From the NCBI GenBank assembly GCA_008632985.1, contig QPGO01000023.1, positions 403,266-467,265 on the forward strand: 64,000 nt of DNA, given 5' to 3'. Made by a program: the position numbers and the translations under genes. This document shows, piece after piece, positions 13,701 through 26,725 of this stretch. This DNA comes from Psammoneis japonica. Taxonomy: Eukaryota. Positions within the stretch are counted from its first letter, which is position 1, and every line of letters begins with the position of its first letter. The notes under the pieces were generated by a model. It had not been told where the DNA came from. It made no database searches and was given only the letters and a program-made list of their open reading frames with translations.

Positions 13701-13863
13701 GTATGGGGAAAAAGAGCGAGCGTCTTTGTAGCAATTCTTTTCTTGTTCGTGGTTTACGGTGTCGATCTGTGCAGCGGTATGTTCTCACCTTGCTCGAGTG
13801 CTTCTCGATGTACGACGCGGATAATACCCGACTCGGAGAATCAGGAGCTCTTGATTTGCTCAT
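7759..13863 (-). CDS. PDS5: Sister chromatid cohesion protein PDS5 (HEAT repeats, S/R/K-rich disordered C-terminus); multi-exon
   Basis: FLSHRDKEVRL...YAPDPPW, AIVYELHRISPPIL..V...L, VRLEAI, FAWIPKLVF, MPEFSVPFALHLL; ORFs 11399-13501, 10749-11435 and 7759-10752 joined by introns; probable first exon MSKSRAPDSP (13863-13789). Confidence 0.85.
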
Positions 13864-14347
13864 TCTGAGCACACCTAAGGTTGTTCAAGTTGTCGTAAGT
13901 CTAGTCTCTTGTTTGCAACGTACCGAGAGACGAGAGTTCTGACAATGTGGTGCAGTGGCTTTGAGCTTTCGACTTGATTGTGATGACTTCGTGAGAAGTC
14001 GATTTATTTAGCGCGCGCCAAACTCACGACCGATTGCTCCTTGCGGTGATTTGTACCACACTGAACGTAGACTTAGAATGGTATATTTCCTACGTAGGTT
14101 GTACAGGCCAACAAAATAATTGAGTCGAAGTATTCGTTGAAGATACTGTATGATGCCCTCATAACCTTTCAAAACTTCCCTCCACCCGGAACGAGAAACA
14201 CGCACGCACTGCTTGCTCACAAAGTTGAAGTGATATCGTGATCGGCGGCGACCGATGGGCATGAATGAGAACATTTATTATTGTTGAAACTTCAACCGTC
14301 AAAGCATATCTTGCGCTGGAAATCCATCTAGATTCTTGATTGTCAGC

Positions 14348-16539
14348 ATGAGGATCGCTACGGCAGCTCTATCAGCCTTGTCATTGGCGCAACTGCTGGG
14401 ACTTGTCGATTCGTTCGCCCCGTCATCCACTTCCTTTGCTCGCGGTGCATCACAATCCCGAATCTTTTCCACCACCCAAGATCAAGATACGGAAGAAACT
14501 GTTGCATCGAGCGAAGCTGTGAATGGTGCCGGTGAGGATGATGCGGGTCTTCAAATCGATGCGGACGCCGAAGGACTTCCATGGTGGTGGGAATTGGTGT
14601 GGAAGTTGGATATGATGAAAAAGGGAGAACCGGGTGAGGAGATTATCTTCGGTGATTCAGCCAATGTTCTTCGAACGAATATTGAACAAATCTATGGCGG
14701 ATATCCTTCTCTGGATGGATGTCCGTTGGCAGAGGGAGAAATTACCGATATTGCCGACGGTAAGATCCTGACGGATTGCACAACCCTCACTTGATAATTA
14801 TGCATCTCACAATTTGTTATTGTTTTTGACAGGCACAATGTTTATTGGACTACAGCGTTACCAAGATAAATACGGTTCACCGTACAAACTTTGCTTTGGC
14901 CCCAAGTCTTTTCTGGTCGTTTCGGATCCAGTTCAGGCAAAGCATATCTTGAAAGATTTCAACACAAACTATGACAAAGGCATTTTAGCTGAAATCCTCA
15001 AGCCAATCATGGGCAAGGGTCTCATTCCCGCGGATCCAGAAACATGGAGAGTGAGGAGACGGCAGATTGTACCCGCATTTCACAAAGCGTGGCTGGAGCA
15101 CATGGTTGGTCTCTTTGGACATTGCAACGTTCCCCTCGTGGCTAGTCTTAAAAAAATTTCATCCGCTGACGGCAAGGTTGACATGGAAGAAAAGTTCTGT
15201 TCTGTCGCTCTTGATATCATTGGAAAGTCTGTGTTTAATTATGACTTTGGTTCCGTGACGGATGAAAGCCCTGTTATTAAAGCCGTTTACAGCGCGCTTG
15301 TAGAAGGTGAGCTATCGTCGTGGTAGTGGCGGAGAAGAATGATTTGTTTGACTTCACGCTCAAACTTCTAACATTTTCTGTTGTAGCCGAGCATCGATCC
15401 ATGACGCCAGCGCCTTATTGGGATCTTCCCTTTGCTAATCAGTTGGTTCCGAGGCTACGTAAATTTAACTCTGATCTTGCGCTGCTGAATGATGTACTGG
15501 ATAATCTCATCACCCGGGCCAAAAATACACGAACGGTGGAAGACATTGAAGAGTTGGAAAAGCGGAATTATGACGAAGTGCAAGACCCATCACTTCTCAG
15601 GTTCTTGGTTGATATGCGTGGTGCAGATATTGATAACACGCAACTTCGTGACGACTTGATGACAATGCTAATTGTGAGTTTTTGAAGGATTTGCCTTGGA
15701 TGAAAGAATGTGGCGATGACTGACTTGTTCGTGTAATGCTTGCTTTGAAAGGCCGGCCACGAAACTACAGCAGCGGTGTTGACCTGGGCGCTATTTGAAT
15801 TGTCAAAGAATCCTGAATTCATGGCCAAAGCGAGAGAAGAAATTGATAGAGTCGTGGGCGACCGAATCCCAACTTTGGAAGATGTTCAGAAAATGGAATT
15901 TGTGCGGCTCGTTGTAGCTGAAACCTTGAGGCTGTATCCGGAACCACCCCTACTCATTCGTCGTTGCCGCACTGAGGATCAGCTGCCAAAAGGTGGGGGG
16001 CGGGAAGCTACTGTTATCCGTGGCATGGATATTTTCTTAGCCCTGTACAACATTCACCGAGATGAAAGGTTCTGGCCCGAACCCAACAAGTTTGATCCTA
16101 TGAGATTTACACGCCCTTACAAGAATCCTGATGTTCCTGACTGGAAGGGTTACGATCCTCAACTATGGGAAGGGCTCTTGTATCCTAATGAGGTATCTGC
16201 TGACTTTGCTTACCTACCGTTTGGCGGAGGAGCAAGAAAATGTGTGGGCGACCAATTTGCTACCCTCGAGGCTACTGTTACCCTGGTAAGTTACGGTTAT
16301 GTGGTCCACAATTTCCCATCGTGTGCGTTGCCGGACCTTTTTCTCACGTGTTGTTCTTGTCGCGCTAGGCTATGGTTCTTCGACGTTTTGAGTTCGAATT
16401 TGATCCTTCAAAAGCAACAGATGTTGACATCAATGACCACCCCCAGGATTTGGAACACCCTATTGGTATGAGGACAGGAGCTACTATTCACACTCGACGG
16501 GGACTTCACATGATTGTGAAGGAGAGAAACGTAGATTAA
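14348..16539 (+). CDS. CYP97: Cytochrome P450 CYP97-family carotenoid hydroxylase, plastid-targeted; 5 exons
   Basis: Signal peptide plus DS-FAP presequence; [54 protein letters not shown], heme motif [13 protein letters not shown] at 16537-16539. Confidence 0.93.
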
Positions 16540-16950
16540 TGACAAAATGTTTACTGACAGTGAACTACTTTGGGCGTTTCTGGGTTAGCATCGCATTAGG
16601 TCTATTAGTCGGCAAGGGTCTCGTCGAATGTGTTTGTTTTACTGTAGCCTCTGTATTATGTCTCGGGTCATCTTGGAAGAAATCTAATCCTCGATTGTTT
16701 TTGTGGACTGAGATATATGGAAGAAAAGAGCAGGAATATGGCATGCAATAACTGAGAAGCAACCGCTGGCGATCGTGCGGTCGTCATTTCAATAAGAGCG
16801 TACCATAGTATCCAAACAAAAAGAGAGCAGCGGATCCTAACGCTGCAAAAGATGATTGAGGTATACACAACTCCCAAAGGTTACGATTCGATCGATCGAG
16901 GGGATGCAATTGGCAAGCTGAAGTTCATTAGCGACACTGAAGGATAGATA

Positions 16951-17721
16951 TTATGGCTGTGAACAAAAATTCGGCAACAATGCACAAGCGTGCTTCTCGC
17001 CAAGACCAACGTCTAGAACGAGTACATGCAAATGCCAACTATAGGCTCCAGGCATCAGACCCGATAGCACTGCCGAATCGGGAATCGCAAGACACGGGTC
17101 TCGAAAGTGATCCCCGAACGACCCAACCCTTTTTAGGCGTCGCTTCTTGAGGGGTTCGTCCAGAGCTAGTGCATCCTGATGGTCATCCAATTCGTAAATC
17201 GAGATTGGTCTTCTAAGAACATTGGAAAGTACAGTGAGCTCGGGTCCTCCTCCTTGTAGCCCTCCTTCAACTCCGCCTTTTCGAAGTCGTTCCAAGTACT
17301 CCTCTGTTGATATTCCTTCACTCTTTGCTGCCGATTTCAAAAGGTCCGGCGCCCTCACCAGTCGATTGCCCTCTATATGAAGATTTCCCTCGGGTGCACC
17401 AAGAACTTGTGCTACGACGTCTCGTGTCTCCGCGGCAATTGCTCTCAGCAGCGCGTCATTCCCCCCAAGACCCATAGATGTGGCAGTCGCAAGAGCCACG
17501 GCAAGAAACATGCAGTCTCCTTCACCCGGTACATTCCTCATGGTGAATTCAAGGACACCGTTACAGGAGGATTCTTCAATCACATAAAAGATTTCAGGGT
17601 CAATGCATACGCCGTTTTGCGCAAAAGTGAACTTTTGAAATGGCTGAGTAAAGGCCCACAACTTATGAACGCAAAGAGCCAAAAGCACCCACAGAATCAA
17701 CAGCGACCGTAACTTTCTCAT
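16951..17721 (-). CDS. OTU-like cysteine protease domain protein with N-terminal signal peptide
   Basis: NVPGEGDCMFLA (OTU Cys box), GGGPELTVLSNVLRRPISIY, C-terminal KHACAL; hydrophobic N-terminus ending LWA-F. Confidence 0.7.
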   Translation of the reverse strand: MRKLRSLLILWVLLALCVHKLWAFTQPFQKFTFAQNGVCIDPEIFYVIEESSCNGVLEFTMRNVPGEGDCMFLAVALATATSMGLGGNDALLRAIAAETRDVVAQVLGAPEGNLHIEGNRLVRAPDLLKSAAKSEGISTEEYLERLRKGGVEGGLQGGGPELTVLSNVLRRPISIYELDDHQDALALDEPLKKRRLKRVGSFGDHFRDPCLAIPDSAVLSGLMPGAYSWHLHVLVLDVGLGEKHACALLPNFCSQP

Positions 17722-20700
17722 TCAGCTTCTCGCAAATTCGACAGAGCTTGTGTCACTGGTGGGGCTAACGAGATAGCTAGCAACCAGGCAGAGAGCCCTA
17801 ATCTTGAAGATCCTGAGGCGCACTTTGCTCGCAGGCACATACCACTGCTGCCACTGCTGTCTCTCCCGCAGCACTGATGGCCTGCCTCCAATCTGTGTCA
17901 AAGCCAATGGCCAAAATGAATGCCCCCTCCGTCAATTTCGCTCTTGGCGACGACTCCTCTTGACCAAGAAATATCACGCACTGCGTGGTTGCGCGTCGCG
18001 GCGTCGCTCGCTCGAAGATTTGGATAGAGTGGTCTGTCCCTCGTTGAGGACAGGCACTCTCTCAAAACATGCCGCAGCCCCCGGAACCATGAGGTTCTCC
18101 GTGCGGTTGTGTCAACACAAACTTATGTCTGTGATGCAGCATGGCATTGGCTCTTCCTTACCACTGCATTGACATTTGTTCACTTTGTCAGCCAGAGCTG
18201 TCGGCTTGTGCGCAGCACTGGTCAAATGGGTTCACCACAAACACAAGCCACACCACCAATTTTCTTCCTCCTTGTCCTCTGCTGCTGACAGCAGAGAAAC
18301 TGTGCTGGGCTGCATGTGCATGCATCAGCACTCAGGTTGAGCACACTTCTTTTGACAAAAGGAGTGACCAGAATGGTGCAGTGCTTCCAAGAAGTGGTGT
18401 TGTTTCCAAACATGCAATGGGTGGGGTGTGTGGGGGGGGAGAGCCGTGGCAGCAGCGTTGGCGGGCATTGGAGGAACACAAGCAGCCACACCCAATGGCA
18501 TCTGCCCAGCCATTGACCAAAATGATGTGAGCTTGGTTGGACCCCATTGCCACAATGCCTGGAAGGCATGCAGCCTCCCATGCCTGCACAATTTCACTGC
18601 CTCATTTTGTTGAACCCACAAGCCAGCCAATGTGTTGCGAAAAGGGGGTCCTTTGATGTTTCCTGTGCCACTCATTGCACTTGTCCTGGCTGCCATGGCA
18701 GATGTGGTTTTGCCCAAAAGCTCTCAACAACTTTGTCACCACAATGTGAAGGTGACAAAAAGTGTGCACTGGTGGTGCCATGATGCAACTTGTGTGAGCC
18801 AGATGATTTGCTCCAAAGAGCAAGCTAAAAAGCAGGTTCTTGGTGAGATCGGCAACGAACACACATTCATTCATCAGGTGTCACTGAATCCACCATGTCA
18901 GGATCTGAAGCATTTTCTCTTCAATGGGTGCACTTTGGGGTCTCTTGCATTTCCTGCTCATCCACATGCTCCAACACCACATTTCCCAGGGATGGGAGGT
19001 CACCGCCATCTCTCTCTTTTGTGCAAGTGGGGCAACCATGGCAGCAATGCCCCCCCAAGCTGAGGTGCAATGAAGTGTTCAGATCAGAAAACCAGCAGAG
19101 TCATGGGAGCTGATGTGGCAAAGAAGGAGCCATTGAGGTGGTGCAATGTGAGGAACATGTGCGGTGGTGCCCTCTGGCAATGTGCTCATTTTGACACTCA
19201 GGAGCAGGAGGGCACGTGTCAGAGCCACCTTTGGCCATCAACACACTTTGACAGGAACCACTGATGCAGGTCAGTTGCATGCTGAAGGAATGCCTTGTTG
19301 ACATGGTGGGGCAAACACAGACTGAACCTTGTGACAAAACACAGAGAACAGGCAAGCTTCCACTTTTTGGGTTCTTTGGGCAGCATGCTGCCATCAAACC
19401 ACAATGGACAGGGCTCTGCAATCACTTGGCTTTGGTCAATGTCAAAATGCCATTTCACAACAATGAGAGGTTGTTGACATTTGAAAAGTGTGCAAAGAGA
19501 AGCTTGCTGGTGCATTTGCAACCCCAGGCAAGGACCCAGATGACTGCATGTTGGAGAGAGGGAGAGCACAGCAATCTTGCTCAATGCTTTGCTTGCTTCA
19601 AGCATGTGGTGTGTGAGATTGTCAGCCAGCTGACAGCACAGCACCCCAATGATTTTGCAGAGGCATGCACAATTTTCTTGTCCAAAGTCTCTTGTTTCTT
19701 GCGTGCAGGTGTGCTCAGCTGGAAGCTCCCAGCATCATCAACACAGCTTTTTTGGACATGGAAGCACCATGGCAACAATCATGGTGAGAGAGAGGGTGTT
19801 GTTTCATCATCAAGGCAGATGCCAACACAACCAGCCAGAGAACCCTCCAATCAAACCACACCAGGATCAGCAGGAGGGTTGACATGTGTCCAATTCTGTG
19901 CATGGGTTTCAGTCTAAAAGAGAGCAGGAGGTTGTTTTTGCTCATGGTTGTGGGCAATGCTGGGAGCATGGGTGTGGTGGTGGGTCTGGGTGTGTGGCTC
20001 AACCTCCAGACCAGCCAGAAAGCAGTGTGGTCTTGGGCTGTGGCCATTGGCAAAGCAGTGGCTGTGTTGCAGATGAGTGTGGACAATCTTTTAGCTGCGG
20101 CAGCTGTCAAGGGCTGACTTGACTGCTCAGGGTGTGTGCAGCAACTGCTGGGCACACTGGCTTCTGACATGTCTAAGATGCGAGGAACTGAGTTGTGGAG
20201 GAGTGGGAAATGATTTCTTTGAGACTCCTCTGGGAACGCTGCAGTCAAGAAATCACTCCAGCAGTTGTCAAGGCAAGTGGTGAGCTTGTTGGGTTGAAAC
20301 AAACAGAGGTGGTTGGCATCAATGACAGCTGTCATCACTGAGTCAAATCCATCTGCTGGCACACCCCCAAAATGTTTTCACACAATGACTTGGCTGCTGA
20401 GCAATCATTTGGGCCACACATGGGTCTCAACTCACTGAGCTGCACCCTGTCACAGCATTTGTCAGAAGTTTGAGTGGCAAAAGGCCCCTGCAAGTTGCAA
20501 GTGCAAGCACCTGGCCAAGAGAGCTGCAGGGGCAGTGTCCCTCTGCTTCAGATGTCGTGGACAAATGCTTTCTGCACCTTCTTCCGGCCAAGGCACTTTT
20601 TAGAGTGGCTTTTGACTTTGCAATTTTTTCCTTGCTCTTTCTGTGTCATTTTGAGATGTCCTCTGAGAGACCTCCCCAAGCACACTCCCCTGCAAAGCCC

Positions 20701-20834
20701 CACTGCCACAGCAGCTTTGCAGCCACCTGCACAGGAGCACCAATCACAAAACATGCTGTGCTCACAACAAAATGGCAGCCAGCACCAAAAAAGATTTGGC
20801 AAAAAGCAGCTCTCTTGTCTTGTTGAGCTGCCTC

Positions 20835-20835
<1 letters not shown>

Positions 20836-20872
<37 letters not shown>
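20836..20872. repeat. (CA)n microsatellite
   Basis: About 18 contiguous CA/AC units. Confidence 0.95.
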
Positions 20873-20874
<2 letters not shown>

Positions 20875-23165
20875 CCAGACACAAGTGCTTCCACAGCTGC
20901 TGTCACAATGGGAGTCATCATGGCTCTCAGACTGGTCATGCAGAAATTGTGCAGGACAGCGCCGAAAACAGTCATTGTCAGTTTGTCCATCTGTCCATGT
21001 CTGAATGTTGGTTTCTTGGGAAATCAATTGAAGTGCCATCTGATCAAAGGCATTGCTGTTTGCCATGTGAGTCAAAGTGCCTTTTGACGTTTCAAATGAG
21101 TTCCTGCAAAATCACTGGCTCCAATCACTCTGTCGTGCGACACCATTGTGCGCATTTCTTCCACACAATTTTGCAATTTTCCTCATGCAAAATGTCAATT
21201 GTGACTTTGATGCAACATTTTCAAATGACCCCCATTGTGCCAACACTTCAAGGTTTGATTCTTTTTTCAGTGAATGTTGCTGCTCTCACCTGTGCTGCTT
21301 TGGCCACTGAGCTTGCCATGTGCCCAAATGTTTTGACGTGCTTGCCACATGCCCACCCCCATCGTCCAATGAAAAAACATTCCAGCACCCAACCTTTTGC
21401 TGTGGCCTTGTGTGGCTGCACCACATTTGCTGCACCAAAAGCAGAAACAAGTGCAATGACAGCCCAACAACAGCAATGTCCTGAGCCCAAAAGTCCAGCA
21501 CCCAAACACAGGAAAATTGGTCACAACATCTGGTGCTGGGGCAACAGTCTGACATCGCACATGCACGCAGGCAAAACATGTCATTCTTGCCCATTGCGCC
21601 AAACATTTTTTGTTCTCATTTAAATGCAACAAGCATGCAAACAATGTTCCTGGCAATTTCAATTGTGACACTTGGCCACTTTTCACCACACGACAAATTG
21701 CTTTCCAGTCAATCCCCAATTCACATCACTTGCAAACTCTGCTTTGCTTGTTGTTTGAGGCCATTCTTGTTCTGGCATTCAAATGACATCCTGTCTTTAA
21801 TCCATTTTTTGTTGCTGCTGCTGTGAGTTGAATTCTGGTTGACTTTGCTGCTGTCATTGTGTGCTGCTTGCTGGCAAACATCGCCACTCTTCTGTCTGCA
21901 TGCTCGTGCATTCCTTGGCTGCTGCTGTGGGTTGCCATTCACTCTGCCTTCTCTTGAACCCACTTGCATTGAAGGACTGTTGTCCATGGCTGCTTTCCCG
22001 GAATCCCTTCCTCTGCTTTCCCATGTGCATTGTTCCTTCTCACTGCTTCCCTTTTGCTGTTGCTTCAATCAGTTTTTGGAGCAGCCCATCCCTTCATGCT
22101 GTCCTTCTTTCCTCTTTCTTTTCCTGCCATGCGCACTCTCTGTTTTCTTCATCTGCTGGTGCTGTGCATTGACTCTGGCTTTCTCTGTTCTTTCCTCCAC
22201 CACCGCATTGTGCACAGCTTGTTGCGCCATTCAATTCTTCCACTCTGGTTCCGTCCTTCATTGATCCAAGAACTGGGCCGCCAATGAATGCATCTGCAAC
22301 TCACATTGTCTGCACACCCAATGGTTGCTTCAATTGCAGGATTTTGAGATGCCTGCCGCATCTTCAGTCATGAATGCAAAGAACAAGAGCACTGCTTTTT
22401 GGTCGTGCACACCTGCTCTCTCTCTCACTTGCTTGCTTTTTCTTCCTTGGTGGTGGCATTGTTGCCGCAAACACTGAGCAACATCAACACTCAATGATGT
22501 GGTCAAGCAATCGTGTAAAACAGCAATGACAGCACAGATCTGTTGTCATGTCGACACGACATGACAAGATGTGAAGCATCATGGCAACACTTCTTGTTGT
22601 CCATTGTTGTCAGCACGATGTTTTGTCAGGAATTTGGAATCTCTGAATCCGATCCAGTTTCAACTGTCGACTGCCAGGTCTACAGTGATGGAAGTCATTC
22701 TGAAGCGATCCGATCCGGCGATCCGATCCGGCCGGCACGGCTCACCATGTGCAGCAGGGCCCTGCCAGCTGCCAGGGTTGCTCAGCAGTGCCAATGGACA
22801 GCTTGCCGAGCTTCATTTTTGGCATGCCAGTGGAAACTCAATGTGTTTTTACATGCAACAGTTCATCACACATGCTGGGGAAATCACGAACTCTGCGAGC
22901 TCCAACACGAGAACAACATGAAGCACGAAGAGGTTGCGAGAGAGTGAATGTCATTGCCAAAACACTGTGAATGCAAAGTGCAAAATGCCAAAACATTGTT
23001 GTCACATGACACACAGATGGTGAGTCTGTCGACAGACAAAACAAATTGCCTTCAAAGCTGGTCAGAAGCTTCAACAGACTGCACAGCTGTTTGCATGTTG
23101 TTGGGTCGCCCGCGTCGCCCACTTTGAATCATCATTCTCAAATGATCACCATGGCCAACTCCCCC

Positions 23166-23860
23166 CACCAATGTTGCTGATAACTTCTCTGCCAAGTCAC
23201 TGTTCAATTCCACCTGTGCTCTCTGCAGCAGAAGAGCAAATGATGAGACTTCCAGCTCATCCCCAACAAGATGACAACGCCGCCAACTCGACAACTCTCC
23301 AGCATTCCCGTTTCAGTCACAGACTTCACCAATGTTGCTGATGACTTCTCTGCCAAGTTGCTGTTCAATTCCACCAATGCTCTCTGCGGCAGAAGAGCAA
23401 ATGACAAGACTTCCAGCTCGTCCAACAAGATGACAACACCGCATGCCGCCGAGTTGACAACTCTCCCGCATTTTCATTTCAGTCGCAAGTTTGTCATGTG
23501 ACTGGTTGACATCCACAACCAGTGATCTTTTTGGAAGTGTTGCTTGTTTGCACCCACAAAGAAGAGCCCTCCAAACTGCTGCTGCATGGAGAAGAGGACG
23601 ACAAAGCAACCAGTCACAGTTCCTCATCCACAGAGAGCAACACACCTGGCATTCAGAACAAGTCCTCCTTGGGCTCGGGCTGACTTCACTGTCAAGCCAC
23701 CAATTTTAGCTCTGCTGAGTCATCCAAACCGGTTGTGTTTGTCATGACACTGCTAAAGTAACTTCCAATGTGGCCAACGCGTCATTTGCGGTTCTTGCAT
23801 CCACAGAAACACATTCAGGGCAAGTGCTCCTTGGGCTCCAGCTAACTCCGCCGTCATGCC
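23166..23860. repeat. Degenerate ~161-bp tandem/direct repeats
   Basis: 23166-23326 aligns with 23327-23490; ~23650-23700 aligns with ~23812-23860. Confidence 0.75.
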
Positions 23861-25150
23861 GCCACATTGAGAACTGCTGAGTCTTCCATGCCGCATGCCA
23901 ACGTCACAATGCTGCTGAGGATACTTCAAATGGGGTCAATGCATCGTCACCACTCCAACACCGACCATTGGTCATGTTGGTGGGTCCAACGGCATCTTTT
24001 CATGGCGAAACAAAACCCCTGGCACTCGGTCACGACCGGCCATCATCTTGAACCAATTGTCAGTGACATTCTAAAACTCCATGGCAAGGGAGATGTGATG
24101 CGGTAAGGTCGCGTCAGAGTACAAACAACGCCGTCGTATGTCATCACCATTGTGAGTGCGGCATGCACGGTAGTCTAGGTCGCGTACAAATTTGAATGAG
24201 CTGATGGGTCCAACTGCCATTTCAGTGCAAATGTACGTAGAAACTTGTATGTACAGATCTACACAACTTTGTACTGGCATACCAAAAATGAACTCGGCAA
24301 GCTGTCCATGACACCCATTCTACTGGATATTTATGTCCGTGTAACGGTATTTATTATCGACTTCCCACGATTTACATTATAGGCCATACTAAAACTTATC
24401 AAATTACCCTTGATGTAGAGGCGAGGGCGGATGGCTGCAAATTGTACTACAATTGCCAACGGACGGACAACGACAAAACGTCACTGGATGGAGACACTAC
24501 ATGCATCATAAAAAAGTTATTGTAGAATAGGTACGGGTCGGTACCGGTAGTACTCTTAGCTGCTACATAGCTAGAGGGCCCTACTAAGAGAGTAGTTAGC
24601 TCTCTATCTACTCTCTCTCTACTAAGTAGTAGAGAGTAGGGCCTAGTAGAGAGAGTAGGAACCTCTACTCTAGATATCTCTACTTTAGGGTATGTATGTT
24701 GCATTTTGTATTACTACTGTAGGGCCTACCTACAGTATGTTGCACCGTAGTGTCGTATGGTACTGTACCGTATGTAGGAAATTTACTGGGACCGCGGCAT
24801 TCGTGGGAGACTTTAATTTTTTCGTAGCTAAATAATAGCATAATGTTCAATGCAGCATTGAGAGTGGGGTGTCATCGCTAAAAGAAAACCGCTTTCGTCG
24901 TTGATTGTACTCAAGCTCATACTGCGTGGGATGTCTTTTCGCAAGCGATGACGGAGATTCACCTATTGCCCTTCCACCCTCATTGAAAGAAGCCACAACA
25001 CTACAGACTACTGTACAAGTACGTACTGTAAGGTCACACGATTCTTCTCTGTCCTCTCAGTCTCTCTTCCCCTCTCGCTCATCGAATCATCTCATGGGAT
25101 CGAACTGTCGCCTGTTTAGTCGTAGGGTTGTAGAGTAAGTTCACTACCGA

Positions 25151-26725
25151 ATGAGTATTATGAATGACAACGAAAGCAGCGAGCCACCGAGTGGTGCCAG
25201 CAAGAGCAAAAGGAAGGCTGGTCCGCCTGCGGCGAAGAAAAGGAAGTTCTACAAGAAGGCACCTCAAGCTCCGAAACGCTTCAAGTCCGCCTTCATTTTC
25301 TTTTCCACCGCAAAGCATCGTGAGATAAGGGAACAGATGGAAAAAGGAGAAATCAAGGATAGCGAAAAGGTAACACGTGATGATTCTGGTCCTCGTTCGT
25401 TCGTTCCTCTTCGTCCTTGCGCGCGGCGTTTCAGACTTCTTAGGTGTTCGTGTCACGTTCTTCCTGCGTTCAATACAGACGATAAGCGTAGCAAAACAAG
25501 TATCAGAAGCATGGAAGAAGCTCAATGACGAAGAACGCTATGAGTGGGAAGAACTTTCGCGTAAAGATAAAATTCGCTACGAAGCAGAGAAAGCCGCGTA
25601 TTCTGGTCCGTGGAGGGTGCAGACAGCGAAGCGAACAGCTAAAGATCCTCGAGCTCCTAAACGTCCCATGTCTGCATTTCTTGCTTACTCGAACTGTAGG
25701 AGAGCAGGACTGAAGCGTAAAGATCCCACGCTTAGCAACGCAGAAGTGTCCAGGATTCTTTCCAAGAGTTGGAAGGAAGCTCCTCAGGAAGTTCGGCAAA
25801 AGTACATTGACGAAGAATTCGAGCTGCGGCAGAAATACAAGGTTGCTAATGCCAAATATCGTGAGGAGGAAGAGCTAAAGCGGCAAGAGGAGAGGGAGCA
25901 ACGAGAGAAGCACGCCGTGAACGAAGCCGTTGGTGCCTCCTCCTCGCTTTCCGCTGCTGTTGGTGTTCCTGGTAGTGTTCCAAATCCTCCTCGTCACAAT
26001 AGGCCGCATGACGATCAACATCGCCAGCTGCTCCAACTTTCGGCAGAGGAGGACTTTGGCAATAATCTACATGGCGAGGAGGAAGACGGTGTGACCCAGC
26101 ACCCTCTTCCTGTACAAAGAGAGCTAGGACTATTACCCCCGGTGATGGGCCTGTCCCCGTCGCTTGCAGAGCTTGCGTCATCCCAACCGCCGCCTCCCCG
26201 TCTTCGTGAAGCTCCATACTCGTCGGCGATTTCTTCCTCTTTGCTTCTTCGTCGGCCTCAGAATCATCTCCTTGCGCTTTCAGGTGGCTTGGGGGCAAGC
26301 TTATTACCTAATGCTCCTGACGACCCCCTTGTTGATCCACTCGCCGCTGCCTATGGTACCGCCGGACTGCCACTTGTCATGAGGTCCAGCCCCTTTGCAT
26401 TGCCGGCCACTTCACTGGCTACTGGTGCGTCTTATTTGTAGCTGTTGTTTGATCCTCCTTTTCTTTCGCTCATTATGTTCCAAGGCGCTTTCTAACCGCC
26501 TTTACAAATATACCTTGCTTCGTTACAGACGCTTCGTTGTTGGCGACCCTTCAACTGCAGCAGCGACCAGAGGAGCAATTGCTAGCACAGAGGAGGGCGA
26601 TTGCTGCTCTCACTGCTGCTGCTGTTGGGGCAGAAGAATACTCACAATTGGATCCATCGACCTGGGGATATCGCGATTTGGACCCTCATCGGCCGAGAAG
26701 AAGCGACGATCATGGTGGCTTTTAA
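25151..26725 (+). CDS. Tandem HMG-box DNA-binding protein; 3 exons
   Basis: PQAPKRFKSAFIFF...SEAWKKL...RYEAEK and KDPRAPKRPMSAFLAYSN...SKSWKEAP; introns ~25370-25478 and ~26425-26528. Confidence 0.88.

Larger units (their letters stand above)
18100..24050. repeat. Decayed repeat/pseudogene block, nearly TpA-free and CpG-poor; family not identified
   Basis: Almost no TA dinucleotides; many overlapping Tyr-less Cys/His-rich ORFs; no intact gene. Confidence 0.7.

Noticed and set aside
20836..20872. (CA)n as a converted (TA)n tract
   Set aside because: Two-strand conversion should give mixed CA/TG; a pure CA run is explained by ordinary slippage
18100..24050. Cys/His-rich ORFs as metal-binding or zinc-finger proteins
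   Set aside because: Their composition follows from TG/CA excess; they overlap in all frames with no coherent motif spacing
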